A DNA stretch of 64,000 bases. It comes from Mycobacteriales bacterium. GTDB lineage: Bacteria > Actinomycetota > Actinomycetes > JADGOV01. The position numbers and the translations under genes are program-made. This document shows, in pieces, positions 39,158-49,583 of the stretch (the first letter of the stretch is position 1; every line of letters begins with the position of its first letter). The stretch spans positions 15,633-79,632 of the forward strand of contig JBBSIN010000001.1 of NCBI GenBank assembly GCA_038232055.1, given 5' to 3'. A model generated the notes under the pieces. It had not been told where the DNA came from. It saw only the letters and a list, made by a program, of their open reading frames with translations, and did no database searches.

Positions 39158-40570
39158 CTACAGCCCGTAGGCCTCGAGCAGTCGCAGCCACACCTCACTG
39201 ACCGTGGGAAACGACGGCACCGCGTGCCAGAGCCGGTCGACCGGGACCTCACCGACGATCGCGATCGTCGCCGAGTGCAGCAGCTCCTGCATTCCCGGGC
39301 CGGTGAACGTCGCCCCGACGACGACGCGGCGCGCTTCGTCGACGACGAGCTGGCTGGTTCCGGCGATGCCGTTGCCGAGCGTGTAGGCGCCGGCCACACC
39401 GCCGGTGGGGGTGGTGACCACGCGGACCTCGAGGCCGCTGTCCCGGGCCGACGCTTCGGTGTGCCCCACCGCGCAGACCTGCGGGTCGGTGAACGTGACC
39501 CGCGGGATGGCGCCGTGGTCGGCCCGGTCGGCGGCGTCCTTGCCGAGGATGACGTCGGCGGCGAGTCGCGCCTGGTACTTGCCCATGTGGGTCAGCAGTG
39601 CTCGGCCGTTGCAGTCACCGACGGCGTAGAGCCAACCGCCGTCGACACCCGTCACCCGCAACCTGTCGTCGACGTCGACATATGTTCCGGTCGGTACGCC
39701 GACGCTGTCGAGCCCGATGTCGGCGGTCTTCGGCCGCCGGCCCACCGCGACGAGGATCTCGTCGCCCCTCAGCTCGCGTCCGTCGTCCAGTACGCCGACG
39801 ACCGTGCCGTTCTCCCGCCGGGCGCCGGTCATCCGGACCCCGATGAGGACCGTGATGCCCTCGGCCTCGAACGCCTGGCGCACCTCGTCACCGGCGAACG
39901 GCTCCTCCCGGGCCAGCAACCGCTCGCCGCCCTCGACGACGGTGACCTCGTCGCAGCCCAGGCGCCGGTAGGCCTGCGCCATCTCGGTGCCGACGGTGCC
40001 GCCGCCGAGTACGAGCAGCCGCCGCGGGAGTTTCTTCGCCTCGGTGACGGTGCGGTTGTCCCAGGGCCCGACGTCGGCCAGCCCGGGGATCGGCGGGACC
40101 GCCGGGCCGGTGCCGGTGGCGAGTACGACGGCCCTGCGGGCGGTGACCTGCCGCGTGGGACCGGCGGCTGCAACCACCTCGACGGTCCGCTCGGCCGCGA
40201 GCCGACCGTGGCCGCGGAGCAGCGCGATGCCCTCTCCCTCCAGCCAGGCGACCTGGCCGTCGTCCTTCCAGTCGCTGACCATGTAGTCGCGCTGCGCCAA
40301 CGCGGCGTCGGTGTCCACCTCGCCGGTGACGGCTTCGGCCGCGCCCGGGACCCGACGGGCGGCGGCCAGCACGTCGCCCGGTCGGATCATCGTCTTGCTC
40401 GGGATGCACCCCCAGTACGAGCACTCACCGCCGACCAACTCGACCTCCACCAACGCCACCGAGAGGCCGCCGGCGGCGCACCGGCCGGCTGCGTTCTCCC
40501 CGGCCGGGCCGCCGCCGATCACGACGACGTCGTACTCGCTCACCGCAGTCTCGCCCGCCGTCGCGTTCAC
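39158..40570 (-). CDS. Pyridine nucleotide-disulfide oxidoreductase (class I, CxxxxC)
   Basis: YDVVVIGGGPAG, GGECSYWGCIPSK, and a second NAD motif. Paralogue of the 24228-25667 gene. The start could also be GTG 40543. Confidence 0.7.
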   Translation of the reverse strand: MNATAGETAVSEYDVVVIGGGPAGENAAGRCAAGGLSVALVEVELVGGECSYWGCIPSKTMIRPGDVLAAARRVPGAAEAVTGEVDTDAALAQRDYMVSDWKDDGQVAWLEGEGIALLRGHGRLAAERTVEVVAAAGPTRQVTARRAVVLATGTGPAVPPIPGLADVGPWDNRTVTEAKKLPRRLLVLGGGTVGTEMAQAYRRLGCDEVTVVEGGERLLAREEPFAGDEVRQAFEAEGITVLIGVRMTGARRENGTVVGVLDDGRELRGDEILVAVGRRPKTADIGLDSVGVPTGTYVDVDDRLRVTGVDGGWLYAVGDCNGRALLTHMGKYQARLAADVILGKDAADRADHGAIPRVTFTDPQVCAVGHTEASARDSGLEVRVVTTPTGGVAGAYTLGNGIAGTSQLVVDEARRVVVGATFTGPGMQELLHSATIAIVGEVPVDRLWHAVPSFPTVSEVWLRLLEAYGL

Positions 40571-40578
40571 CGTCGGGC

Positions 40579-42348
40579 TCAGCGCACGCCTGCCGCGCGT
40601 AGCGCGCTGCGCAGGTCGCTCACGTGGGCGTCGCGTTCGGTCAGTGGTGCCAGGCCGTACGCCCGCTCGATCGTCGCCATGATCGAGAGCGTGTCGTGCG
40701 ACGTCGAGTCGACGCCGTCGTGCGGGAGCGAGGAGCCGACCACCAGCGCCGGGACGCGCGTACCGGGGCCGTACTCGTCGTGCGGCCCGCCCGTCGCGCT
40801 CCCCTGTCCGGGCGGCGACACGTGGTCCCACTGCCCGCCGAACTCGTCGTAGGTGACGACGACGAGCGTGTCCTTCGCCTGCGGGCCGCGGGTGACCGCC
40901 TTGAGTAGGTCGACGAGGTGGCTGCTGCCGCTGCTCTCGCTCGCGTAGCCGGGGTGCTCGTTCTCCGCGCCGATCGGCTTGACGAAGCTGACCCTCGGCA
41001 AGTGACCGCCGCGCACGGCGGCGAGGAAGTCCTTCTCGTCCCTGAGGTGGTTGGCGCGGGCCGGCGTACCGGGGGCGTAGCGCGCGAAGTAGTTGAACGG
41101 CTGGTGGTGGTACTGGAAGAGCGCGTTCGGGCAGTACGGGTACGTCGCGCCGCTCGCCGTCTGCGGGTCCTCACAGGTGCCCGGGTCGGAACCGTTCGTC
41201 CAGCCCCGGCCGTCGACCTTGCCGGCCGCGTTGTCCCAGCCGCCGGCGTACCAGGCCCAGCTCACCCGGGCGTGCGAGAGCTCGTCGCCGATCGTCTTGG
41301 GCGAGTGCCGGTCGTCGACCGGCGGCAGGCGCAGCGCGTCGGGAGTGCCGGGCGCGTAGGGCTGGAACCATGGCTGGATCGTGTTGACCGCATAGTTGCC
41401 GCAGGCGAAGCCGGGCTGCGTCGTCGGCTTGTCACAGGACTGGGTCAGCGCGCCGTCGTGCGCTGCCGCCACCGTGGGGGTGTAGAGCGGATAGGTCGAC
41501 GGGAAGCCGTTCGTGTCGAGCACGGCGTGCAGGTCGTCGGTCGAGCGGTCGTCCACCGCCCCCGGGAAGGGCGGCGCGGCCGCGGCGACGAGGTACTGGT
41601 GGTTGAGGAACGAGCCGCCGAACGCGGCCTGGAAGAAGCGCTCCGCGACGACGTAGTTGGGCGCTCCGGCGCTGTGCAGGTACTTGTAGATCGGCAGCTG
41701 GCGGGTGCGGTAATAGCCCTGGGTCAGGCCGGCCGCGTCGCTGCCAGTGCTGTAACGGTCCTGCTTGCCGCCGTCGAGCTGGTACTGCTCCTGGTAGAAG
41801 CGGTGCACGAGATCGCGGGTGCAGCCGCCAGGCTGGCCCTCCCCCTTCCGGACCCCGTTGGGGTAGTAGGCACCGGGCGCCGGGCAGGTCGTGTCGGTCG
41901 GCTTGATGTAGTCGTCGATCGCGAACGGCCGGTTGGCGAAGTGGCTCCCGAACAGCATGCCGTTGGCGTCGTCCGTGCAGGTTGTCCCGAGCGGGTCGGG
42001 CGCTGCCAGGTTGACATCGTCCTGGAGCAGGCAGGCGTAGGTCCGGCCGTCCTGCTTGACCTGGAGCGTGTGACCGAGGCTGGCCGCGCGGCGGCCTTCG
42101 ACCTGCTTGCCGCGGATCGCGCCCCAGTCGCCGTAGAGGTTGTCGAAGCTGTGGTTCTCCTCGTAGACCACGACGAGGTGCTTGTAGTGGCCCAGCACGC
42201 CACTCGACCCGGTGGGAGCTGCGGGAGCTGCGGCAGCGCGAGCCGGGGCAGCGGACGGTGCGGCCGACGCGCCGGGCGAGAGCCCGAGCGTGCCGAGCGC
42301 CGCCGCCGAGACCGCTGCCCCTACGCCGAGTGCCAGCCGATGCCTCAT
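40579..42348 (-). CDS. Secreted phosphoesterase-family protein (non-haemolytic phospholipase C / acid phosphatase AcpA-like)
   Basis: Signal peptide, then HLVVVYEENHSFDNLYG near the N-terminus and ...VVVTYDEFGGQWDHV.. near the C-terminus. Confidence 0.7.
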   Translation of the reverse strand: MRHRLALGVGAAVSAAALGTLGLSPGASAAPSAAPARAAAAPAAPTGSSGVLGHYKHLVVVYEENHSFDNLYGDWGAIRGKQVEGRRAASLGHTLQVKQDGRTYACLLQDDVNLAAPDPLGTTCTDDANGMLFGSHFANRPFAIDDYIKPTDTTCPAPGAYYPNGVRKGEGQPGGCTRDLVHRFYQEQYQLDGGKQDRYSTGSDAAGLTQGYYRTRQLPIYKYLHSAGAPNYVVAERFFQAAFGGSFLNHQYLVAAAAPPFPGAVDDRSTDDLHAVLDTNGFPSTYPLYTPTVAAAHDGALTQSCDKPTTQPGFACGNYAVNTIQPWFQPYAPGTPDALRLPPVDDRHSPKTIGDELSHARVSWAWYAGGWDNAAGKVDGRGWTNGSDPGTCEDPQTASGATYPYCPNALFQYHHQPFNYFARYAPGTPARANHLRDEKDFLAAVRGGHLPRVSFVKPIGAENEHPGYASESSGSSHLVDLLKAVTRGPQAKDTLVVVTYDEFGGQWDHVSPPGQGSATGGPHDEYGPGTRVPALVVGSSLPHDGVDSTSHDTLSIMATIERAYGLAPLTERDAHVSDLRSALRAAGVR

Positions 42349-42462
42349 GACGCCCTCCTCATCGGTGCGGGTCCGATCGTTCCCGGAGGTTCCGGGCGGG
42401 AGGGACGGTACGCCGGTCGCGGCCGTTGCGGGGAGCCCGGGGTGTCGGTCGACACCGAGTCG

Positions 42463-43395
42463 CTAGATCTGGGCGGCCAGATCGCCGCCGAGCAGCTCGA
42501 CGTGGTCGAGGTCGCCGAGATCGAGCACCTGGCAGTAGACCCGGCTCACGCCGAGCTCGGCGAACGGCCCCAGTTGGTCGACGACCTCGCTCACCGTGCC
42601 GACGACGCCGTGCCCGTCGCGCAGGTCGTCGGCGCTGCTGCCGGTCGCCTCGAGGCGGCGACGTGCCTCGGCGTCGTCCCGGCCGACCGCCACGGTCTGC
42701 GCCACCGAGAACGTCAGGCTCCTCGGGTCGCGTCCGCTCTCCTCGCACGCCGCGCGTACCCGGTCGAACTGTCGCCGGCAGACCTCCGGTCCCTCGAACG
42801 CGACGTTGTACTCGTCGGCGAAGCGGGCGGCGAGCATCGGCGTACGCCGCGCGCCTTTGCCGCCGACGATCAGTGGCGGACGCGGCTGCTGAACCGGCTT
42901 CGGCAGCGCCGGCGCGTCGGTGAGCGTGTAGTGCTGACCGTTGAAGGAGTACCTCGTCCCCGGCGGCGTGGACCACAGCCCGGTGACGATCTCGAACTGC
43001 TCCTCCAGCCGGTCGAAGCGTTCGCCGACCGAGGGGAAGGGGACGCCGTACGCCTCGTGCTCGCGCTCGTACCAGCCGGACCCGAGGCCGAGCTCCACCC
43101 GGCCGCCGCTCATCTGGTCGACCTGCGCCACCGCGATGGCGAGTAGGCCCGGGAGCCGGAACGTCGCGGAGGTGACCAGCGTCCCGAGGCGGATGCGGCT
43201 GGTCTCCCTGGCGATGCCGCCGAGGGTGAGCCACGCCTCCGTCGAGCCGGGTCCGGGGTCGCCGGCGCCGATCCGGGCCAGGTGGTCGGAGCGGAAGAAG
43301 GCGTCGAAACCCGCGTCCTCCGCTGTACGCGCGACGCGGAGCAGGTCGTCATAGGTCGCACCCTGCTGTGGTTCGGTGAAGACGCGCAGTTGCAT
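42463..43395 (-). CDS. LLM-class (luciferase-like) F420-dependent oxidoreductase
   Basis: TIM-barrel LLM motifs (FDAFFRSDHL, LGLGSGW). Confidence 0.7.
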   Translation of the reverse strand: MQLRVFTEPQQGATYDDLLRVARTAEDAGFDAFFRSDHLARIGAGDPGPGSTEAWLTLGGIARETSRIRLGTLVTSATFRLPGLLAIAVAQVDQMSGGRVELGLGSGWYEREHEAYGVPFPSVGERFDRLEEQFEIVTGLWSTPPGTRYSFNGQHYTLTDAPALPKPVQQPRPPLIVGGKGARRTPMLAARFADEYNVAFEGPEVCRRQFDRVRAACEESGRDPRSLTFSVAQTVAVGRDDAEARRRLEATGSSADDLRDGHGVVGTVSEVVDQLGPFAELGVSRVYCQVLDLGDLDHVELLGGDLAAQI

Positions 43396-43421
43396 CCCGC
43401 GATTCGACCACGCGCTGCTGC

Positions 43422-44534
43422 TCAGCGCACGACCCGGCCACGCAACACGATCCGCTGCGGCTCGGCGAGCACCCCCAGGTCGGCGAGTGGGTCGGCGGCG
43501 TAGACCACGAAGTCGGCCGGCGCGCCCTCCTCCAGCCGGCCGGGGAGTCCCAGCCACTCCCGGGCGCGCCAGGAGGCGGCACCGAGGGCGTCCTCGGCGG
43601 AGAGGCCGGCGCCGTGCAGGGCGCGTACCTCGTCGGCGATGAGCCCGTGCGGCAGGCTGCCGCCGGCGTCGGTGCCCGCGAAGATCGGCACGCCGGCGTC
43701 GTACGCCGTCCGCACCATGTCACGCGAGCGGGCGTGCAACCGGCGCATGTGGTCGGCGTACGCCGGGAACCGGCTGGCGCGCTCGGCGATCGCCGGGAAC
43801 GTGTCGATGTTGACCAGTGTCGGGACGAGCCCGACCCCACGTCGTGCCATGGTGGCGATCGCCTCGTCGTCGAGCCCGCTGCCGTGCTCGATGCAGTCGA
43901 CGCCGGCGGCGAGCAGCTCGTGCACCGTCTCCTGGTCGAAGGTGTGGGTGGTGACCCTGGCGCCGGCCTGGTGCGCCCGGTCGACCGCCCGCTTGACGGC
44001 GTCGAACGGCCAGCAGGGCGCGAGGTCACCGCTGTCCCGGTCGAGCCAGTCGCCGACGATCTTCACCCAGCCGTCGCCGCGCCGGGCCTGCTCCTCGGCG
44101 GCGTCCGGCAGCGCGTCGGGCTCCAGCTCGATGCCGAAGTTGCGCAGGTAGCGCCGGGTGCGGGCCAGGTGCCGGCCGGCGCGGATGATGCGCGGGAGGT
44201 CGACCCGGTCGTCGATCCAGCGGGTGTCGGCCGCCACTCCGCAGTCGCGCGCGAGCAGCGCGCCGGCATCGCGGTCGGTGCTCGCCTGCCGCTCCTGCTC
44301 GGCCTCGTCGACGGCGCCGTCCGGGCCGAGCCCGATATGGCAGTGCGCGTCGACGAGTCCGGGGACGATCCAGCCTTCAGCGACGGTCTCGGCCGCTGCC
44401 GGCTCGTACGTGACGCGCCCGTCGACGACGTAGAGGTCTCTCTGCTCGCCGTCGGGCAGCACGACGCCGCGGACGTGCAGGACTTCGGGGGCGGGTGCCG
44501 TCACCCGACGTATCTTGCCGTCAGCCTTCTCCAT
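43422..44534 (-). CDS. Amidohydrolase-family metal-dependent hydrolase
   Basis: GLVDAHCHIG (H-x-H) and later His/Asp ligands (...GTDAGG...). Confidence 0.7.
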   Translation of the reverse strand: MEKADGKIRRVTAPAPEVLHVRGVVLPDGEQRDLYVVDGRVTYEPAAAETVAEGWIVPGLVDAHCHIGLGPDGAVDEAEQERQASTDRDAGALLARDCGVAADTRWIDDRVDLPRIIRAGRHLARTRRYLRNFGIELEPDALPDAAEEQARRGDGWVKIVGDWLDRDSGDLAPCWPFDAVKRAVDRAHQAGARVTTHTFDQETVHELLAAGVDCIEHGSGLDDEAIATMARRGVGLVPTLVNIDTFPAIAERASRFPAYADHMRRLHARSRDMVRTAYDAGVPIFAGTDAGGSLPHGLIADEVRALHGAGLSAEDALGAASWRAREWLGLPGRLEEGAPADFVVYAADPLADLGVLAEPQRIVLRGRVVR

Positions 44535-44557
44535 CCCCGACGAGTACCGTCTCGGCG

Positions 44558-45439
44558 ATGGAGATCCGCCGCCACCACGTGCCGACGCCCGACGGGCGCA
44601 CCCTGGACGTCGTCGACGCCGGCGCGGTCGGCGACCCGGCGATCGTCGTACATTCCGGGACGCCGTCGGCGCACACGTTCTACGGGAACCACCTCGCCGA
44701 CGCGGAGCGGCGCGACGCCCGCCTGGTGTCCTACGCCCGGCCGGGCTACCTTTCCTCGACCCGGGCCCCGGGCCGAACCGTCGCCGACGCGGCCACTGAC
44801 GTCGCCACGGTGACGGACTTCCTCGGCGTCGAGCGGTTCGCGACGTGGGGCATCTCGGGCGGTGGGCCGCATGCGCTGGCCTGCGCGGCGCTGTTGCCGA
44901 CGCGAGTCGTCGCGGCGGCGAGCCTCGCCTCGATCGCCCCCTGGCGCGCCGAGGGCCTGGACTTCCTGGGCGGGATGGGGGAGGACAACGTCGTCGAGTT
45001 CACCGCCGCCATGTCGGGTGAGGACGAGCTGCGTCCGCTGCTCGAGACCTTCCGCCAGGGCATGCTGGGCGAGGACGAGGGTGCGCTCGTCGAGCAGATG
45101 CGGACGCTGCTGTCACCGGTCGACGCGGCGGTCTTCACCGACGCGCTCGGCGTCGAGGTGGCACGGTCGCTGCGGGACGGTGTGGCCAGTGGGATCGACG
45201 GCTGGCTCGACGACGACCTGGCATTCGCCCGGCCGTGGGGCTTCGACCTGACCGCGATCTCGGGACCCGTGCAGCTGTGGCAGGGAGAGCAGGACCTCAT
45301 GGTGCCGTTCGCGCACGGACGATGGCTCGCCGCGCACATCCCCGGCGTCGACGCGCACCTCTCGTCGGAGGAGGGGCACCTCACGCTGCTCTCCACACGC
45401 GTGCCGGCCGTGCACGAGTGGCTGCTCGGGCACTTCTGA
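44558..45439 (+). CDS. Alpha/beta-fold hydrolase
   Basis: G-x-S-x-G nucleophile elbow (WGISGGG). 293 aa. Confidence 0.7.
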   Translation: MEIRRHHVPTPDGRTLDVVDAGAVGDPAIVVHSGTPSAHTFYGNHLADAERRDARLVSYARPGYLSSTRAPGRTVADAATDVATVTDFLGVERFATWGISGGGPHALACAALLPTRVVAAASLASIAPWRAEGLDFLGGMGEDNVVEFTAAMSGEDELRPLLETFRQGMLGEDEGALVEQMRTLLSPVDAAVFTDALGVEVARSLRDGVASGIDGWLDDDLAFARPWGFDLTAISGPVQLWQGEQDLMVPFAHGRWLAAHIPGVDAHLSSEEGHLTLLSTRVPAVHEWLLGHF

Positions 45440-45442
45440 GGC

Positions 45443-46348
45443 GTGGTACGCGAGCTGGTCGTCCTCGGCACTGCGGCGCAGGCGCCGACCCGTGACCGCA
45501 ACCACAATGGCTACCTGCTGCGCTGGGACGACGAGGCGATCCTCTTCGATCCTGGTGAGGGGACGCAGCGCCAGCTGCTCCTCGCCGGCGTGCCGAGTAC
45601 GGCGATCACCCGGATCTGCCTGACCCACCTGCACGGGGACCACTGTCTCGGACTGCCCGGCGTACTGGCGCGCATGGCGCTCGACGACGTCCCGCACGTC
45701 GTCCCGCTCTACTTTCCCGCCGAGGGTGCCGAGGTGGTGTCGCACCTGCTTGCCCTGGGCACCGGCCGGCCGGAGGTGCGGTTGCATCCGCTGTCGGCGG
45801 ACGGTGAGATCGGGACCGGCGCGTCGTTCTCGTTGGTGGCGCGCGCTCTGGACCACCGCGTTTCGGCGTACGGGTATCGGGTGTCGGAGCCAGCCGGCCG
45901 GCGGATGCTGCCGGACCGGCTGGCCGCTTCCGGCATCGGCGGCACCGCGGTCGGCGAGCTGCAACGGGCGGGTTCGCTGCTGGTCGGCGACCGGATCGTG
46001 CAGCTGACCGAGGTTTCGGCACCGCGGCGTGGACAGGTGTTCGCGTTCGTGATGGACACCCGCGTTTGCTCCGGCGCTGCGGCCCTGGCGGAGGAAGCGG
46101 ACCTGCTGGTGTGCGAGTCGACGTACGCCTCGACCGAGGAGTCGCTGGCGGAGGCGCACCGGCATCTGACGGCGGCGCAGGCCGGCCGGATCGCCCGCGC
46201 CGCCGGTGCCCGTCGGCTGGTTCTGACCCACTTCTCGCAGCGCTACCGCGACGTCGAGGTGCTGCTGGCCGAGGCTGCGGCGCTCTTCCCCGACGTGGTC
46301 GCGGCCCATGACCTGATGCGGATTCCGATTGGGCGTTCTGACGCGTGA
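45443..46348 (+). CDS. rnz: Ribonuclease Z (tRNA 3'-processing endoribonuclease)
   Basis: LTHLHGDHCLGLPG MBL motif. About 300 aa, with the short-form RNase Z layout. Confidence 0.8.
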   Translation: MVRELVVLGTAAQAPTRDRNHNGYLLRWDDEAILFDPGEGTQRQLLLAGVPSTAITRICLTHLHGDHCLGLPGVLARMALDDVPHVVPLYFPAEGAEVVSHLLALGTGRPEVRLHPLSADGEIGTGASFSLVARALDHRVSAYGYRVSEPAGRRMLPDRLAASGIGGTAVGELQRAGSLLVGDRIVQLTEVSAPRRGQVFAFVMDTRVCSGAAALAEEADLLVCESTYASTEESLAEAHRHLTAAQAGRIARAAGARRLVLTHFSQRYRDVEVLLAEAAALFPDVVAAHDLMRIPIGRSDA

Positions 46349-46424
46349 TGGCCTGTCTCGGCGCGGTACGGGCGACGTCCGTTCCGGTACCCTTGCAGGG
46401 TCGGTGCGCCACGGCGCGCGGCAT

Positions 46425-46497
46425 GCGCTCGTAGCTCAACGGATAGAGCATCTGACTACGGATCAGAAGGTTGGGGGTTCGAGTCCCTCCGAGCGCG
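46425..46497 (+). tRNA. tRNA-Arg (anticodon ACG), no encoded CCA
   Basis: Manually folded. Acceptor GCGCTCG/CGAGCGC, anticodon loop CUACGGA, T-loop TTCGAGT. Confidence 0.85.
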
Positions 46498-46658
46498 CTG
46501 AGTAAGTCCAGGTCACAGCGTTGCAGCGTTGCGCTCCGGTCACCGAGAGCCGCTCGCTTCTACCGGATCTTCTACCGGATGACGCGAGACGAGCCGGTAT
46601 GAAGCAGTAGAGAACTAGACGGAGCCCCCGCTCCGCTGTCTCGCAGGCCCCGAGCGAA

Positions 46659-48607
46659 ATGCAAGTGCGCATACGTGTGTCGCAGCCGGCGTGTACAACC
46701 GATGGCGTGCCTTGGGAGCCCACACCCGAGCAGCAGGCCATCATCGAACACGATTTGGGTCGTCACGCGCGCGTGCTCGCCGGGCCCGGCACGGGCAAGA
46801 GCGCCACCGTCATCAGGATGATGCTCCGAGCGGCCGAGCAGCTCGGTCGCCGAGGCAAGCTCCTCACGTTCACGCGGGCGGCCACAAACGAGCTCCGCGA
46901 GAAGGTCGCAGAGCATCCAGAGCACCTGGCGACGCCGAGCACGGTGCACTCGTTCTCGATCGCAACCCTTCTCGCCAACGAAGGAACCAGCGGCCTGCCG
47001 GAGCCGATTCGGCTTGCCGACGATTGGGAGTGGTCGGAGCTGATCCGCCAGCACCTCAAGGTCTTGGTGGACTGCGACGTCCGAATGATCGACCGGGCGC
47101 GGGCAGAGATGGCGTCGAACTGGGAGTCCCTCGAGCCAGCCGAAGACCCAGACCTGCCCGAGGACGTGCGCAACCGATTCGCCGGGATCTGGGAGCACCA
47201 CCGTCGGGTCTTCGGCTACGCGTTGCTCGCCGAGCTGCCGTTTCGACTTCTTCGCGCGCTCGAAGACCATCCCGATCTCAACATCGGGGACTGGGAGTAC
47301 CTGGTCGTGGACGAGTACCAGGACCTCAACCAGTGCGATCTGTCTGTCCTGAGGCAGATCACCCACCGCGGCCGAGTCCTGGTGGCCACGGGCGACGACG
47401 ACCAGTCGATCTACTCGTTCAGGCGGGCGCACCCAATCGGCATCCGGCGCTTCGTTACCGACGACTATCCGACGGCGGCTGATCTCACGCTCACGATCAG
47501 CCAGCGATGCGCAACACAAGCGCTCGCATGGGCTCGACACGTCATCGAAGGGCTACCCGGGAGACCGCCACGGCCGGCCCTGAACCCCGCGCCGCATTGC
47601 GTGGAGGGCGTGGCCCGCTACCTTTGCTTCCCGAGCTGGCCACGGGAAGCGGACGGAGTGGCGCGCCTCGCCAAGTGGCTCATCGACAACCAGGGATCGC
47701 CCCCGAAGACATCGCGGTGATGTTCCGAAGCAACTTCAACAACGCTTGGTCGACGCCGTTGACGGAGCGACTGGAGCACTACGGCGTGCCAGTCATCAAC
47801 GCCGGAGCGGTCGCCGAGATGCTTGCCGATCCCGAGAATCGGCGATTGCTCGCCCTGGCACGACTCGTCGTTAACCGCGCGGACTCCCTGGCGTGGTGGA
47901 CACTTCTTCACCTAACACCGGGCGTCGGGCCCGTGGTCCGTGACCACTTCTACGACGGCGCCGAGCAGCACGGGCGCACCTTCGCGGGCCAACTCCTCAC
48001 CGAGCACGCGGATGACTTCCAGGGCCTCGGCGGAGCTTCGGCAACTCGGGTTCGCACCACCGTCAACGCGGCCATGGCGGTGACCGAAGCGGTCGACATC
48101 GAGGGAGCTGACCTTGGCGACGCGGGGTGGGGAGAGTGGCTGGTCGGCAATGCTGACGTGTTCGGCGGATGCAACGAGGACTTCGCCGAGCTCTTGCGGG
48201 ATCTTGATGGCTTGGTCGACAGGACGGAAGGTCTCGGGCGATTTCTCGGTCAGATCCAGCCCGTCGGCACGGACCTTCGCTCCGGTCGAGCCGCGGGCGC
48301 GGTCCGCCTCATGACTATGGCGAGCTCAAAGGGGCTCACTGTGAAGGCGGCGATCATCGTGGGCGTCGAGGAAGGCGTTGTGCCGCTCGCTGACCGCGAT
48401 CCCGGTGAAGAACGTCGCCTTCTCTACGTCGCGATGACCCGTGCCACTGACAACCTCTACGCAACTTGGTCGGGCCAGCGCACCGGCCCCACCGCTCGAA
48501 CCGGGGCTCCCCGTGTCGGCGCCGGACGCAATCGATCGCCCCTGCTTACGCATGGGCCGGTCCAGTCTGAGCACGGCAACGCCTACCTGGATGCCCTCGG
48601 CGCTTAG
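46659..48607 (+). pseudogene. UvrD/Rep-like SF1 helicase, frameshifted at a C5 run (~47700-47704)
   Basis: Frame A carries the Walker A (AGPGTGKSAT) and the LVVDEYQDLN motif. Frame B continues with GIAPEDIAVMFRSN and a UvrD_C block (...VGVEEGVVPL...LLYVAMTRA). The switch sits at GGGATCGCCCCCGAAG. Confidence 0.6.
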
Positions 48608-48650
48608 ACCCTCGGAAGGTCAGCGGACTGCGGGTTGACCGGCCCGTACA

Positions 48651-49583
48651 TCAGCAGCTGGCCGCTTGGTCCCCCGCCCGGCCTCTCAGGAGCCTCCAGA
48701 TCGGATTCGTGACGCTTCCAAAGACGTAGCGCTGCGCCTTCAGGAAGTTGAGGTTCTGGAAGCACTCGAGCGACGGCGTGCCATCGGCGTTTCGGAACCA
48801 CCCGTCCACGCCGCCGCGACTCGCCGTGGTCGTGCCGCCTCTGCCCGATTGGAGAATCAACACGTGCGAGTCATCGACAGGCACGTCGGCGAAGACGCTG
48901 ACTCGCCCGAACCGGTCGCGCTCGGCCATGGCCTTGACGGGCGTGTCGCTGGTGATCAGTTCGTCTCGGTCGAAATCCAACAGGGTCCACGCGAAGTCGT
49001 TGAGGAGTTCGGCGGTGTGTTGGCGGAGCGCGAGGACGACGCCGCCACCGACGATGCCTCTCGGCTCGCTACCGCCCAAGCGTGGTCCCCGAATGAGGTC
49101 GATCTGTTCGCGCGTGAGCGCTTGAACCTCGTCGTCCGTGAGTTCGGCGCGGACCCGGTCCAGAGTGGACGAGACGAAGCGCCGGAGGGCGTCGCCATGG
49201 CTCGGCACGCGCAACTGCTGGGCTGCCACGAACGCAGCAACGTCCTCGCGTCGCTCGTCAGTGAGCGCATCGACCCCTTGGGTGGCGAGAAGACGGAAGG
49301 CCGGCGCAGCGCAACTCTCGATGTTGGACAGAAGCCGTTCGACTGCTGTCCGGGCGAGGATCGGGTGGTCAAGGTCGTAGAGCCCCTCGGCGTAGGCGAC
49401 GTCCTTCGGCCTTGCCGTGACGTACTCGCCGGTCGTCTTGTCGAACACCCCGATCTGGCGCTTCGAGCCGAACTGGCGCAGGTACCACTGTGGAACGAAG
49501 TGATGCTTGCGCGGCTCCTGAATGACCGGGGCTTGAGGACGCTCTCCCGGTTGTGAGCGCCGTGCGGAGCGATCAGTGCTCAC
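48651..49583 (-). CDS. DUF4238-like protein (paralogue 1)
   Basis: Conserved N-terminal HHFVPQWYLRQF motif. The GTG at 49583 is the only in-frame start before the motif and overlaps the upstream stop (GTGA). The Arg-rich 5' extension in the track ORF is rejected. Confidence 0.5.
   Translation of the reverse strand: MSTDRSARRSQPGERPQAPVIQEPRKHHFVPQWYLRQFGSKRQIGVFDKTTGEYVTARPKDVAYAEGLYDLDHPILARTAVERLLSNIESCAAPAFRLLATQGVDALTDERREDVAAFVAAQQLRVPSHGDALRRFVSSTLDRVRAELTDDEVQALTREQIDLIRGPRLGGSEPRGIVGGGVVLALRQHTAELLNDFAWTLLDFDRDELITSDTPVKAMAERDRFGRVSVFADVPVDDSHVLILQSGRGGTTTASRGGVDGWFRNADGTPSLECFQNLNFLKAQRYVFGSVTNPIWRLLRGRAGDQAASC

Noticed and set aside
1-46424. Whether apparent start-stop overlaps in the core region indicate frameshift errors
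   Set aside because: All are canonical 4-nt GTGA/ATGA couplings with intact downstream domain architectures. No frame switches are needed in the core region, in contrast with the island.
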